This document shows, in pieces, positions 1-13,615 of a stretch of DNA of 64,000 bases (position 1 is the first letter of the stretch; the number at the start of each line of letters is the position of its first letter). The translations under genes and the position numbers were made by a program. Under the pieces are notes generated by a model that worked only from the letters and a program-made list of their open reading frames with translations, was not told where the DNA came from and made no database searches. Source of the DNA: Amoeboaphelidium protococcarum X5 (lineage: Eukaryota > Fungi > Aphelidiomycota); the NCBI GenBank assembly GCA_023515725.1, contig JALDTO010000235.1, forward strand, positions 650,778 to 714,777. Reading direction: 5' to 3'.

Positions 1-1580
1 ACTATAGCAGTGACAACCCATGAGAGATAGAGCATGTAACCCGTTACGGCGAATTCTTAATTCAACGACTGAGTTTGAGGATTATTATCTTGTTCTAGAT
101 TTAGATACTACTCACTCGTTGCCAATATTCCAGATAGCCAGCTAAATCTGGTACTTAACCGCAATGAACGGCCACCACTCATAATTTCTTTACTGCTGAC
201 AAAGAGGTTGAGTGGTATGAGAGCGAATGGTAGTTGACAACTCAATATCACTTGAGATATGACCAAGAGTCTATTCAGTCCATTTTGTCCATATAAAAGC
301 ACAGTTATGAGAGCAGGTAGTATAGCGCACACTCTAGTAAATAATCGCCTAATCACTGGCTTTAATCTCAGATTAAGAAATCCATTCATCACCACCTGAC
401 CGGCAATTGTGCCAGTTATTGTACTACTTTGACCGCTGGCTAGAAGAGCAATAGCAAACAAGGCCGCTGCACCACTCCCAATGTATTTCTGCAAACTAGC
501 GTGAGCATCTTAAAGTTCAGCCACTTGCGATGGATCCTTACGAACATCTGGATTAGTATAAAAGGCAGATGCTCCGACTATGAGAATAGTGGCATTAACA
601 ATAAACGCGAACACAAGAGCAACAACCATATCAAATGTGGCATATCTCAGAGTGAGTCGCACGGAATCTTGGAAATTATTACCCGCAGGAGAAGGACTAG
701 TCTCAATAACTGATGTCTGCACATCTAGCTCAATGTCATCTATACCATCTATAATCTACATACCATCACCATCACCACTCACAGAATCTTCGTGAACCAA
801 GTGTTTATTCTAGCATATTGACGAGTGCAAGTATAAATTATGAGGCATAACCGTAGCTCCCATTATTCCAATAGCAATTAAAAGGCGCTCGGTCTGAGTG
901 AACATTTATACAATATTAAGAGGATTAAATCCAGATAGTACGGATATAAAATCAGGTTTGGTATAAAACAACTATGCCATGAAACATATACCAACTACCA
1001 AGACAAGTACGAATATAACTCCCTCATAAACCCGCTAATATTACGATCCCCACCAGCGAAGAATTAAAAGAACATCAAGAGCAGTGATAAGAACACCCCA
1101 TTCGAGTGGAAGTCCAAATAAAAGATTCAATGCAATGGCACTACCTATAACTTCCGCAAGATCAGTAGCCATAATAGCAATCTCTGTAAGCACATAAAGA
1201 ACGATATTGACCGGTCGATTAAACACCAACTTGCACTGCTAAGCCAAATCCCGCCTTGTCACAACTCCCAAAAGGACGCAATGTGACTAGAAGAACATCG
1301 CCATCAGAGAAGTCAGAAGAACGATACATAAATGAGTATAGCCAAATTTGGCACCGGCACTAATATCAGTTGACCAATTACCCGGGTCCATATATCCCAC
1401 AGCAATCATATAAGATGGACCAATGAATTAGAACAGCGACTTCCAACTGGATTTACCATCGTAAATAACATTCTATGTATGGTCATGATTTTTCGTCGCA
1501 GCCTCTAACTGTGTTGCGGAGCTGTCAACGAAGAACAACTAATGAAGCTTCTGTACCAAATGCTGAAATTATCCAGTCAT
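1..1580 (-). CDS. NRAMP family divalent metal transporter (SMF1/2-like), 3'-partial
   Basis: ATG at 1580; one frame under TAR=Gln; [59 protein letters not shown]; runs off the left edge with no TGA. Confidence 0.95.
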
Positions 1581-1971
1581 TTCTTACTCGCCCATTAATA
1601 CTAGAATTTATAAATAGTGCTTTTCTCAATATAAACTCTAAACTTCAACAACAACGTATCAAATATGAATGAATTAAACTTTTCTTCGCGAAGAAGAAAC
1701 AGAAGTCTCTTCTGAGAGGGAAAGCCTAGGAGGCGCGATCAACAGAACTTAATACACGTTCAAGTTTTGCATTGAATACTCATAGTGATAATGACAATTA
1801 AAAAAAGATTGTATATTGCCAGTAAAAGTCATCTTCCAATAATTGAATATAGTTGAGGAGAGAGAAAATATATGCAGGTATCATCATTAGATCAAAATTA
1901 TCACGAAAAAGGCAAATAATACGATCGACTTTCGTAATCATCTAAATGCATTCAATACAGTAATATTCAAT

Positions 1972-2418
1972 TCACTTTCTAGACTTTTTATCACTATTAT
2001 TACCCGTATTCAAACTGTCAGATTCATCCGAGACTTCATCATCGTCTGACTTCCTCAACAGCTGAGCTTCTTGTTTAAGAACGTTCAATTGTCCAAGTTG
2101 CTCGTCCGAGAAGGAACTCAGCCTCGCGCCAATGCTCATTCCAAGTGTACTATCAGATGACTCTTGTCTATTATTGTTACTATTATCATTGGCATTTGTA
2201 GACAATTTCAGTTATTATTCTAATGTGCGTGCATAATTAGACCATTCATTTAGAAATGGTGGTACGAAGGCTGGATCACATTCTTTATGTCGCCTGAACT
2301 CATCCTTTGCATACTGATCACCAAGATACTTCATGGCAGGTGGAAGTTGGAGGTGCAATCTCAGAATCTTGGCGTACAATTTCAATGCAGGCGTCTTTAC
2401 TCTCTTTTTCAGCACCAT
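1972..2418 (-). CDS. SDHAF3: Succinate dehydrogenase assembly factor 3 (ACN9/Sdh7, LYR family)
   Basis: LYAKILRLHLQLPPAMKYLGDQYAKDEFRRHK...FLNEW..Y; two track ORFs fuse across TAA TAA; later IGARLS..FSDEQLGQL; ends TGA. Confidence 0.9.
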
Positions 2419-2648
2419 ACTTTTTATTATAATAATTGTATCAGTATTTTTATACTCTCAGTCAGACTGCCTTTATATCTATCTCTTGGGCGCGAAACGT
2501 AATGAATTATTTCATCAAAGCATTCAGAAAACGTTTCTCCGTCTGAATCGCTGGAATCTCTTTGTTTCAAGTTTTGTTGCTTTTTGTATTTAAAACTTGG
2601 TTAGTCATTTTTAATTTAGGCAATCTGTTAAATAAAATTAGTCAAGCC

Positions 2649-3805
2649 ATGAGCAGTGTAAGCATTTTACTATTGTTTTGATTTAGCGATGGTATACGTT
2701 ATATATTCTGGGTGTGTAGTCGATGATTGAAAAGACGTTTAGAGAGTATGACAGTGGAGCGAAAGGTCATTTGAATGTGGGAGAGTTTTGTTAGCTATTG
2801 GCTGATATGGATGTCGACGGTGCCCGCTTTTAACAATGCTTTGATTACATGCTCTCTGGTAATAGTACTAGTGCGAATGTCCTTGATCTTTCTGCATTCA
2901 AGAAAGGCTTCGTTAATTTGTACTTTTGGAAATTTCAAGTTCCCGAGAGCTATAGAAAGTAGAATGCTGCTGCTGCTCCGTCTGTAGATGTAAACGTCAA
3001 GTCTTTAGTCTCTAATAACAATTTTGTTATTGATGGCAATGTCGTTCGCCTGATCAAGTTGGTGGACATCGTTGCTCAAAAGAGCGCCGTTTAGAGTGTA
3101 GCGGTACCTGATGAGAAGACTGTCGCTGCACAGAGTGTCGCCGTGGACAAGGTCTCTTAAGATGGCTCACCTGCCGTTGTTAAATAAGCTTCAACCGAAC
3201 AGCAACAAGTTCCAAGTCAAACCAAAGCCGAGACTTCTCCTTAAGCCTAAGCGATTGCACCAGCTGCAATTTAAGCTCAACCTGCGGTGTCTCAAACTGC
3301 AACTGCTTCCGTGCCTGTCGCTGCTGGTCGCCCGTCATTGAGCTCATCGTCGGCAGCGGCGGGTAAGACCGGTGTCAATGTTATGCCTGCTTCTCAGACG
3401 GTTATCACTCCGGCGGGATTGACCAGAAGCACGTCGATGAGAAGAAATGATGGAGCGGGAGGTGGATTGACAAGATCCACTTCTACTAGACGTCCTTAAC
3501 AATAACCAGGTTAGATTCAGGTGGGCGTTGCTGGTGCCGCTCGTGGAGGTTAGCCTAACTCTGCTCCTGCTACAGCTCTGCCTCTTGCTGGAAGTTCTGC
3601 CACCACTGCTGGTGCTCAAGTTGGCAATGATCCGGATTGGATGAAAAAGGTTCTTGAGCAGAAGATTATCGAGGCCACTGGTATTGGTAAGAAGGATGAC
3701 TAAGCTGCCATTAACAAGGATCCTACTTGGATGGCGCAATTAAAGAAGGAGTCTGCACCTAGTCCAGTAAGAAAGGATTCTACTGGAAAATCGGAAGGGC
3801 AATGA
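2649..3805 (+). CDS. Hypothetical protein: N-terminal EF-hand-like domain plus long Ala/Pro/Gln/Ser-rich tail; intron 2658-2719
   Basis: ATGAGCAGT|GTAAGC...GTGTAG|; IEKTFREYDSGAKGHLNVGEFCQLL is EF-hand-like; GLTRSTS repeated twice; in-frame TGA 3803-3805. Confidence 0.65.
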
Positions 3806-3973
3806 ATGGGTATATATGCTGCAAATATATTTTGTTAAAAATCTGTTAGGCTGAAACTGGTATGACGCGTTTAAGCACTTACTAGCTCTTCTTATTAAAT
3901 CAAAAAACTTTTTATACCTCATATTTATTCACTCTCCAACCTCGAACTCAACATCATCGACAATCTAAGCGGC

Positions 3974-4393
3974 ATACTTATAGCTTTTCACTGCCCGGCT
4001 ATTCCGTTTGTTTCAAAACTTCTATGGGTGCCTTGCTTGTTATTACTCAGTCTTAACTCATTCGTAGTAGTTTTAAACTAACTGGTCATGATATGGTAAC
4101 GAGATCTCATTAATATTGACAGCCATATAACTTCTATTTGCTTAATGCATCGACCATAGCCAAACTGCTAGGGGGTCGCGTGTTGACCATAGCAGTTCTG
4201 CTAGGGGTGCCTTTTTGGACACAGCAATGTTCCAACTCATTCGAAATTAACTTGTGCTGTTTAATTGAGATGTAATTGAGAGATATAAGTTACTTTGAGA
4301 ACATTTAGACTTCTATCTTAAGCAGAGTGGAACCATAGCCAAACTGCTAGGGGGTCGCGTGTTGACCATAGCAGTTCTGCTAGGGGTGCCTTT
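3974..4393. repeat. 179-bp-period direct repeat array: two identical 62-bp blocks (4153-4214, 4332-4393) and one degenerate copy (~3974-4034)
   Basis: ACCATAGCCAAACTGCTAGGGGGTCGCGTGTTGACCATAGCAGTTCTGCTAGGGGTGCCTTT occurs twice; GGGTGCCTT recurs 179 bp upstream; spacers share AACTCATTCG, GAGAT and ACTTCTAT at the same offsets. Confidence 0.9.
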
Positions 4394-4976
4394 CTCAATT
4401 AAAAGGCAAAAGTGTCACTGAACTGAGGCTCTAGCTTGCTTCCGATGGACTATTTGACAGAGAATTTATTAGACAAATGCGCATCAATTGCTTTGGAGTT
4501 GTCATCTTCTTATACATAGTAAAGCAGAACGTTGATTACCTTTATAAAGACTACTAGAAGCAATGCTCGCACGCAAAGGGGTGACCTACTTTAAGAGTAA
4601 ATTTTCAGAGCTGCCTCCTAAATATTTTATGCATAAGCACCGTACAGGCTAGAATCAGGCGTTCAAAATCAGCACCGAAATTTCTCGTGGCTCTATATAT
4701 TAAATACCAGCGGTTCTTACACGCGGAACGTAATAATGCGAAAAGCCATAGATGTTACACTGGATAGAAAATGATAGCCGTTTTTCTTTTGGAGACTTCC
4801 AGCCGTTGGAGATGATTATATCGCTTAGTTTTTTATATGGTTACAAAACCTCAATAAAACAGTAACGGTGAAGATGCTCTTGACGTTTATATAGTATGTG
4901 CTGTATTGCTTAAAAATTTTTTCCAATTAATTGAAGCGACTTACTTAATTTTAACAGTGTATTTAAATAGGATTTA

Positions 4977-7322
4977 TCATGATTGATTATCACCATCATT
5001 TTATGACATTAATGATTTGAACAATCTGACAAGCCTTTTCCCAGCCGGTCTAGAACTTCCTTTAGTACTACCGCCACCATCGACATCAGACTACCTGTCG
5101 TAACTAACTCCCCATTCAATTTCGAAATCAATCAGACCAAGATCATCGCTCAGAACTCCAGTTGGTTCAGCAGTGTACAGATCTTAAGCATTTGCTCTTT
5201 TTGGATATGCCAATGAGAGACCAATATTACGCGGAATTGAGTTTACCGAATGTATGCTCGATGCACGTTCAACTCTACCTAAAGAATCTTTGGACTTTGC
5301 TTTAGTCTGCGGTATGATATGATTATGAGAATCATCCTTCTCTTCACTCTTGGGCTTCAATGGACATATTGGCATTATGGTAGATTTAGCAGGTATTAAA
5401 TCTCGGGCCTCTTGCTTCTCAAAGAGATCGTAAATATAATCCAAAGACTATTCCAGACAAGATTTAAACCATTTAACACGCATATTTTTATAGTTATTGA
5501 CAAAGTACTGACTTTGATGAGCAGTTGAAGACTCCAAAGTAGGCACCACATCACCCACAAGACCAGCAATATTAAACATGAAGCGATCCTCCCTTACCAT
5601 ATACGCTACACCGTAACCGTCAGGTACAACCTCTCCCCAGCCATATCCTTCAAAGTAATCTGATGGGATCTACGATGTAGATAATGTCCAGTGACAGGAT
5701 AGATTATACACAGGATCGAGAAAGAAGGCTGGCATAGCTTCGTTTTCTTTCAACGATAGTCGGAGACCAAGAAAATGGCGATCTATACCATGGCCTAGAA
5801 GGCAGTCCACCATGTACTTTGAATGAGTCTATACGGCATCTCTAAACAAGATAGCCTTCTTGGAGTAAGAGATATTGTTATCCGAAAAAGCCTGACAAAA
5901 TTCAACGGATTCTGCCGAGACACTTCTGCAAGTCTCCGTTCGGCCCCATTAGAACTTTTTCATTCCAGCACTTTCATACGTGGCACAATTAGAGCTGTAC
6001 ATCAAGAAGTATGCATATTATATCGCCATCTATAAGAAGGAATCAGGTGACATGAGCAACTTTTTCACGAATCCCTTCCCGTATCTTTAATAATTTAGTA
6101 CTTGGACATCATGCTCTTGGACGTGCTTCTTCAAACACTGCACAGAGTCTTCGACAGCTTTAGATAGCTCAGGAGGACATTATATATTTAATGGAGACAC
6201 GGATGGAAGTTTAACACCATCAGACGTTTAATAAAGTGGCTATTTAATGTACGTAAGAGACTACTGACAGATGTAATCACACAGTCTTGCGGGAGTGGTA
6301 GCATCAAACATGCTGTGTTCACCCAGAAACCCAGCTCTGCCATTGCCGAATACAATAAACTACAAGCTCTTATCAAACCATCTATTGACCCCATAGTTAT
6401 GCCAACACAAGTGTGAAAGCTCCACTCTATCAACAGGCCAACTATCCATATCCAAACAGATAAGAAATGAGCAACTCTACAGCTTTCTAATCTCCCCTCG
6501 ATTCTTGGATATCAAAATCTTATAATTCTTGGCCCATTCATCGCGATGACCTGAACTTAAAGCTCCCACTGAAGATGACTGAGATGGATTACCATTTGAT
6601 ATTATCGATGTTAGGACTTGTGCAAATTGCTCTGGCTGATAAACAGATCCGTCAGCATTAACTTCATCAACTATGAAATATTAACCGTGGTAGGCCACAG
6701 CAAAACATCTGTGCAACTTGGGATCGAATACCTCCACATAATCTTAACCTTCATTGGGGATGCGACAGGCATTATACAAATAATGATATTAAACCATAGA
6801 CAGAGGATAAGTCTTCACCATTTCAGGAGGGAGCGACTGGTCAATGATCATCTACTTGAACTTGACAGCATGGTAACAAATCAATGAAGCTCTGGTCAAA
6901 GGGTCGAAAGCATTATAATCAAACACAAAGAAGAAGGACACATTCAGAACCACAGACTCCCGATACTTGAGATATGAGTACATGTTCCACCAGTCAATCA
7001 ACCAACTGGGCCGAGTCGGTCGATCATTATCATCTGCAGAACGACTCGGCAAAACTTCAATATCTCTACCATCGGGAGTATAATAGGAATACTCAATCTA
7101 CCAATCAGTAATCTATGCAGCCTGCTTCTACCGTTCCTCCAATCTACCTTAGAGGATAGAGGCAATATTGCTCTGCAAAAAGTCTGTGGCCACCTGCTGA
7201 ACTCGATCATACTCTTTCCCACTCAAGAATGGCTTCACAGTCTTCAAGTACTTGGCAATAGTCTGATCCAATGGTGGAACAGGTAATTGAGGCAGAGTAC
7301 TATCATAGTGGAAAGTTGACAT
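4977..7322 (-). CDS. Choline/carnitine O-acyltransferase (carnitine acetyltransferase, YAT1-like C-terminal extension), 781 aa
   Basis: MSTFHYDSTLPQLPVPPLDQTIAKYL, WLIDWWNMYSYLKYRESVVLNVSFFF, HGIDRHFLGL, WTLSTSQ, GYGWGEVVPDGYGVAY; single frame under code 6. Confidence 0.93.
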
Positions 7323-7709
7323 TTTATAATCTTTAATATAACACCCAGACTATTAAGGATGTGCTGAATATTTAGCGTAAAGTTTCCTTAGCAATCAAGC
7401 AGAAGAAGAAAAGGAATAGAACGCTGCCTGTTTCACTTGATCTGTATCGTTCATGTAGAAAGCATCACTAGACATACTAACTGAAGTGTAGATTGCTAAA
7501 ATGTTTATATCATATGAGGGAGTTGAATGAAAACGAAATCCCAGATTTTTCAGAAAACGAACTCTCAAAATCGTACTAACTTTGGTGAATACCTTGAATA
7601 TAGCAATGAGATTCTTTGTATAGAAACATACGGTTAGAAACAGAGAACAAATCTCCAGACAGTCTGAAACCAATTGATAAAATCTTCATTTAATTTAAGC
7701 TGTCCTTTG

Positions 7710-7826
7710 ACGCGTAAAGTGTGGCTTACAACGTTTCAGCATTCAGTACTCGTTCAATTTCCTGTTTCACTTCGCCTCTCTGTTTTATCGTTTCTCTCTC
7801 TCACTGTACTAAAGCGGAGAACGCGT
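7710..7826. promoter_or_regulatory. Two ACGCGT (MCB-like) boxes upstream of SMC5
   Basis: ACGCGT at 7710-7715 and 7821-7826, within 200 bp of the SMC5 ATG; function inferred only. Confidence 0.4.
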
Positions 7827-7900
7827 CTCTTCTCCTCTTTATTGAATCAGCTTGTCTTGCACTTACACCGTTATACATTGCTAAAAAATACCGCTCAGTC

Positions 7901-10900
7901 ATGTCTACGCTGGTGGAGCCTGTTAATAGTGGCATGGATGTTGTTGTACCTCCAGCTCCTGAGTAGTAGGTTTAGTAGAATTTCCTCCCTGGTGCTATAA
8001 AGAAGATTTATTTAAAAGACTTTCTGACATACTCTAAGCTTAGTGTGGACATGGGTCCTAAATTCAATTTTATCATTGGAGCGAATGGTACCGGAAAATC
8101 GTCTATTGTATGTGCTATATGTCTCGGTCTTGGATGTAGTCCTGATACGTTGAAGAGAGCGTCAAAGCTGAAAGATTTTGTGCGTCATGGTCAGGATGAA
8201 GCTATCATCAAACTCACATTGCAAGGTAGAGATGGCGATGATGTGGTAATTAAGCGCAAGTTTAAGGCTGATAGAGTGAGAAATATCAACAACACTACTT
8301 GGTTCCTAAACTAGAAGGCTGTCGATGAAGATGTTATTCTGAAGACTGTTGCGGATCTTGACATTAATCTGGATAATTTGTGTAATTTCTTGCCTTAAGA
8401 GCGTGTTGCTTCATTCGCCCAAATGTCTGCCAATAAGTTGATGGTGGAAACTATGCGCACTGTTGGTGGTAAGGCTATGGTTGATCAGTATGATAGACTC
8501 TGTAGTTAGAAGGAGGTTGAGTAGGGACTGGCGTAGACTCTGTAAATTGAGCAAGATTAACTGACTGACCATATTTAGAGAAACAGAGAGATGGAGGCTG
8601 AGGTTGAGCGTTACAAGGAGCATGAGAGGATCAAGCGCACGATTTCAATGTTGGAGAAGAAGCGTCCTTGGATTGAGTATAATCATGCTAGAGAATAATT
8701 CTTGGAAGCTAAAGAGCGTAAGAAGGAGTTGAGTGAGTAGATCAAGTAGATGAAAGAGTTGAATGCTCCACTTGTTCGTAAGCTGCGAGATTGCTAGAAC
8801 AATATTGAAGTTGGCAATGCAGATCTGGCTGAAATTGATGCCATTCTGAAGCAGTTGACCAAAGGTGAGACGCAATTGAAGAAGAAGGTGAAGGAAGCTA
8901 CCAAGGAGGTATCCGAGACCAGAGAAGATTTGGAGAATGTTGAAAATTAAATCTAGGCTCACAAGAAGGATTTGAGAAAAGCCAAAAAGGAGTTGTAGCA
9001 TATAGAGAAGTAGCTGTTGAGATGCAAAGATGAGAGATCCGCCGAAGAGCTAACTTCAAAGTTCAAGGAGGCTCAGAAGAATTACAGAAATGCCAAGGTG
9101 GCCTGTGATGATGCAGAGAATGCACTTAATGGTGCCAAGTAAGAGTTAGGTGCGATGCATGCGCGTTAAACAATGTTCAAGAATAAGATCAATACTATGG
9201 AGAATGAAAAATTGAAGAAAATGGAAAACTTGCGTACATGGTCTCCCGATACTCATAAGGCTTGTGAGTGGCTCAAGAATAACCGTCATCTTTTCAAGAA
9301 GCACGTCTATGATCCTGTTCTACTGGAAGTTTCCATTAACGATCCGCGCTATATCAACATTTGTGAGAGTCTAGTTAGATAGTAGACACAGTTGATGTTT
9401 GTCTGTCAATGCCAATCTGATTACGATTTGCTGATGTCTGAGCTGAATGACAAGTAAGGTTTGCGTGTTAATGCGTGTCAATTTGAGGGAAAAGCATTGC
9501 CTCAGTATCAGAGTAGTTGCGATATTTCAGAGATTTAGAATGCTGGACTAGACTGCTTTGCATTACAGTAGTTTAAAGGACCAGAACCAGTATTGGTTGC
9601 ATTGTGTGAGCTGACCAGATTGCATAATATTCCTATTGGTCTAGGCGAGAGAATTGATGAGGAGAAAGCTCATCGTCTTGGATTATCATTTTACATTGCA
9701 GGTAACACCAGGTACAATTGGACCACGTCAAAGTATGGTGCTAGATAAAAGACTTTGAAGACATCTTCTGTTAGTCATGCAAGGAACTTTAACAAAGCCA
9801 CTGTCGATGAGGACTTGCTGCGTTAGTGTAAGGATGAATTGAACTCTATCATCAGCAAAATCAGTGAGCATGAGACTGCGATGGCTGAATTTGTCAAGGA
9901 TTTTGAAATGAAGAAGGAGAAATTGAGTGCTCAATCTGTAATTCGCGATAAGTTGGCTGAAAAGCGCCGTATTCTTGCAAAGAATGCCAACCTGAAATCC
10001 TCTCTCACCACTACCAAGCTTGCTGTACAATAGCGCATTGAAGAACTCAACAGCCGGCCGTCTGATGACGAGTTGAAGCAGGAGTTGACTGCTGTTTACC
10101 ACAATGCATTGAAGAAGAAGCTGACGATTGTCAAGTCGTTGAAGGAGAACATCTAGCAGTGGTAGGATCATATTGAGGTTCGCACGTAGATTTGCTTTAA
10201 GTTGTGGCAGTCTATGTTGTAAAAAGACTAGTTGGAGAAAGAGTAAAAGAGTGGCAGCACTGAGCTGGCAGAGGCTTTAAAAAGATCCGCAGAGATGGTG
10301 GATGAGGTGCAGTAGAAAAAGACCGCGGCACAAGCTCTTTTGAACGCTGCACGTCGTTTGGGAGATCCTTCGGACGAGGAGTAGCAGTTTTTCACCACTT
10401 TACCTGATGACTTGATCGAGTTGGACACTATGCTGGCTGATGAGCGTGTGAAAGCGGAACTTAATGCTGATACCGATCCTGTGATTGTGGAAATGTATGA
10501 GAATCGTGAGAAGAGAATTAAAGAATTGACTGGCAAGGTTGATTAGCATAGATAGCAGTTGCTGGCTTTAAACGATGAAATGAAGTTGTTGAGAGAGACC
10601 TGGGAGCCGGCTATTGATTAATGTATTGAAGGTATTAGTCAAAGATTTTCGAGATATTTCATGAAGTTGGGATGCGCTGGAGAAGTTTAATTGAGAAAGG
10701 GAGATTAGTTTGCCAATTGGGGTGTTGAGATTTTGGTAAAGTTTCGTGACGCTGAACAATTAGTTGCTTTGAACTCTCATCGCCAGTCTGGAGGTGAGCG
10801 TGCTGTCTCCACGATAATGTATCTGATATCTCTTTAATGTTTTTCTAAATCTCCGTTCCGTGTGGTGGATGAAATCAATCAAGGAATGGATCCTCGTAAT

Positions 10901-11074
10901 GAGAGATTGGTGCATGCTCAACTGGTCGACACTGTATGTAATGAAGGTCAGAGTCAGTACTTTCTGATCACACCAAAGTTACTTCCAGACTTGCAGTATC
11001 ACGCTGGCATGAAGATTCATGTCATTTTTAATGCGGTAGATCTTCCTGAAGATAAAAAATGTTTCATTGATTGA
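7901..11074 (+). CDS. SMC5: Structural maintenance of chromosomes protein 5, 1057 aa
   Basis: Walker [20 protein letters not shown]; LCQFLPQER (both Q = TAA); coiled coils; [18 protein letters not shown]; [18 protein letters not shown]; [13 protein letters not shown]. Confidence 0.97.
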
Positions 11075-11347
11075 TTGATTGACTGATTCTGGACTGTGCG
11101 ATAGTGTTACCTTAAAATTGCATTTTATACTTTATGAGTTGTGATTACTATGATTAATAATAAAAAGCTTGTGTGAAGTGCTTTAATATTTATCTGATAC
11201 ACTTACGGTCTTTGCCTCTATAACAACTCATTGTGATTGTGATCTATTTTTAGGCATGTTGTTATAAAGTCATCATTCCTTCAATAAGTATCTTACTATC
11301 ACTTCTTTTCTAGGTTAATTGGCTATTTGATTTTATCGTGTGCATAA

Positions 11348-13411
11348 ATGAATAGAATCTAAGCTTTATTGTGGATAGCCTCAATCTCAATTTAGGCAAC
11401 TGCGCAAGTGTTTTACTAATCTGCTCTAGGCGCATTACCTTGGAGAAGCCTCGGTCTTGGCGACGTGTATGTGGGTGATTTTGTTGTGAATGGTGCTGAT
11501 GGATACATAAGTGGAGCGGCTGAGGGGCCCATTTTTAATTAGCCGGCATATGGCTTTTTGGATGCAGTATTGATCAAGATAAATGTGCTCAATGGTTCAG
11601 TGCTGTGGGTCAGGAAATTTGGCGGGTCTGGTGATGATCTTGGCGCTGTTGGTAGATTTTACGATTAAACGCATTATCTCTAGTAAGGACTGGCCTATAT
11701 TCCGGGTAGTGATCTTATCGCTATGCCATTCTCATTCTAATCTCTTCAAGTATTGGGAGTAAACAAAAGGGGTGATACTGGAGATAGTGGTATCGTTATT
11801 TACTCTTCAAATGGCACCTTAATGAAGGCCTTAGGTAACTTCCCAATGCACAAAAGTGGTGTATATTTAAAATCATTCCATACTGATCTAATTTATGATC
11901 AACAGAGGTAGAGTCTTTTAATGTCGTACATTTAGTATTATGTCAATGATTCTATTGGATATGGTCACTTGGCTCAGGTGTCACCTTTCAATTACTCGGT
12001 TGAGCTTAAGACAAATTCTTCTATGGAGTTTAGGACTCTTCTGATGGTTAAGGATACTTTATTTATTGGTGGTCACTATGCCGATTTTAATCGGAATCTG
12101 TCGAACATATCTTTCGTTGGATATGATATCTCGAACATGACATAGCTTTACTCATCGATTGCCAGCTCAAGTAGATAAGATTACGTGTCTCGAATTATCT
12201 ATAATTCTAAATTGGATGTTATCATGTTCTCTGGAATTGGAAGATCTCCAGAAATTCCATCCGTATAGAGCTCCAGCGTGGGCGCGTTCATCCTGGGTAG
12301 ATGGAATTACAAAAATAACCAAATTTCTATCGTGGCAAGAGTTGGGGTTAATCAACAGTATTTAACTGACGTATCGACAGGTGTTTATTGGAATGAGACG
12401 CTGGATTAGTATTACGTGTATGGATTTACTGCACAATCTGACTAGGCATCCACCAACGTTACAAGTCTACTGATTGTCTACTCTGCCAACTTAACTCAGC
12501 CAAAATTGGTGTACATTACTGAATTTCCATTCTCCTACGTTGCCAGCATCAAGTATCCGTATGTGCTCATCTCATCTGCTGGTCTCCCTGTTCCTCAACT
12601 TGGCGTTGGTCCACACATTTGGCAATTACACAATGATTCTGCTAAAGCGACTCAAGTCCTATCATCTACTACATCAACATCGACCTCCTCTATTATTAGG
12701 ACTTCAACTTCGACTACGACAAGTAGTTAGCTTCTTACATCAACGTAGCTTAGTACTACAGTGGTAATAACTAGCACTACCTGGTAAGTGACCTCTAGCG
12801 TGGCCACAACATCAGCTGGGCTTACTTCTCCAAGTGTAACATCATAGCTGATCACTAATAGCTCTTCAAGTTTATTGGCATTAACAACTTCAAGCTCTAC
12901 CGCGAATCTACTGATATAAAACTCGACATCCAGAGTTGTGTCATCATCTACATCTACTCTAATGGGTTTGGTAACAAGCACTACCTCCAACAAAATGGAT
13001 ACTTCTACACTAACTTCAGCTTCTCTGTTCTAGACGACAAAACCACTCACTACCACTAAATCTACTACTGATCGACTATCATTGGTGTTCTTCAATTCTG
13101 TCAGTGATCTTCGTCCTGGGTCCTCAAGTTCGTCTAGTACCACCTCAGATTTTAAAGATGTCGTTGATTAATCTCAAGCGAATCAAGTATCTGGAAGCCT
13201 GATCTAGATTATTGCTGGTGCCATTGCCGCTTTTGTGTTTATATGCACAATTGCGGTGTTATTTATGGTTCATAAACGGCGTCGTCAAATGCATGCGTAG
13301 AAAGTGTTAATGCAATAGTAGACCTCACACACTTTTATGCAGGTAGTTCACCAAACCATCCCTATCTACTAAACAACAGTCACTCCGGCATAATAGTAAG
13401 GTAGATAATGA
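11348..13411 (+). CDS. Predicted type I surface protein: signal peptide, SBBP-like beta-propeller, Ser/Thr stalk, TM, short tail (687 aa)
   Basis: MNRIQALLWIASISIQATA; GYISGAAEG..AYGFLDAVLIKINVLNGSVLWVRKFGGSGDD; S/T-rich ~12650-13150; TM IIAGAIAAFVFICTIAVLFMV then HKRRR; TGA 13409. Confidence 0.8.
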
Positions 13412-13615
13412 TGGCAAGTTGTGTAAAAATGAACTCAATGATGAAATTAGTATTGTGATGATGAGTGTTATGACTTGTGTTCTAAAAATAGATTTCGATT
13501 CAACAACGAATGTCCATTCCCCTTCCTTTTGTCGTCATCTTTAGAGTATTTATGACTGACTTGACTGTTTAAATCACTACTCGTATAGCTTAGTAATCAA
13601 TAGACGTAAATAATC

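Noticed and set aside
4153-4393. CRISPR array
   Set aside because: Eukaryotic context, no cas genes, 62-bp repeats with 117-bp mutually homologous spacers, and only two perfect copies.
4445-4774. ~110-codon ATG-TGA ORF
   Set aside because: No recognisable motif; with a single stop codon, ORFs of this length arise by chance in several frames here.
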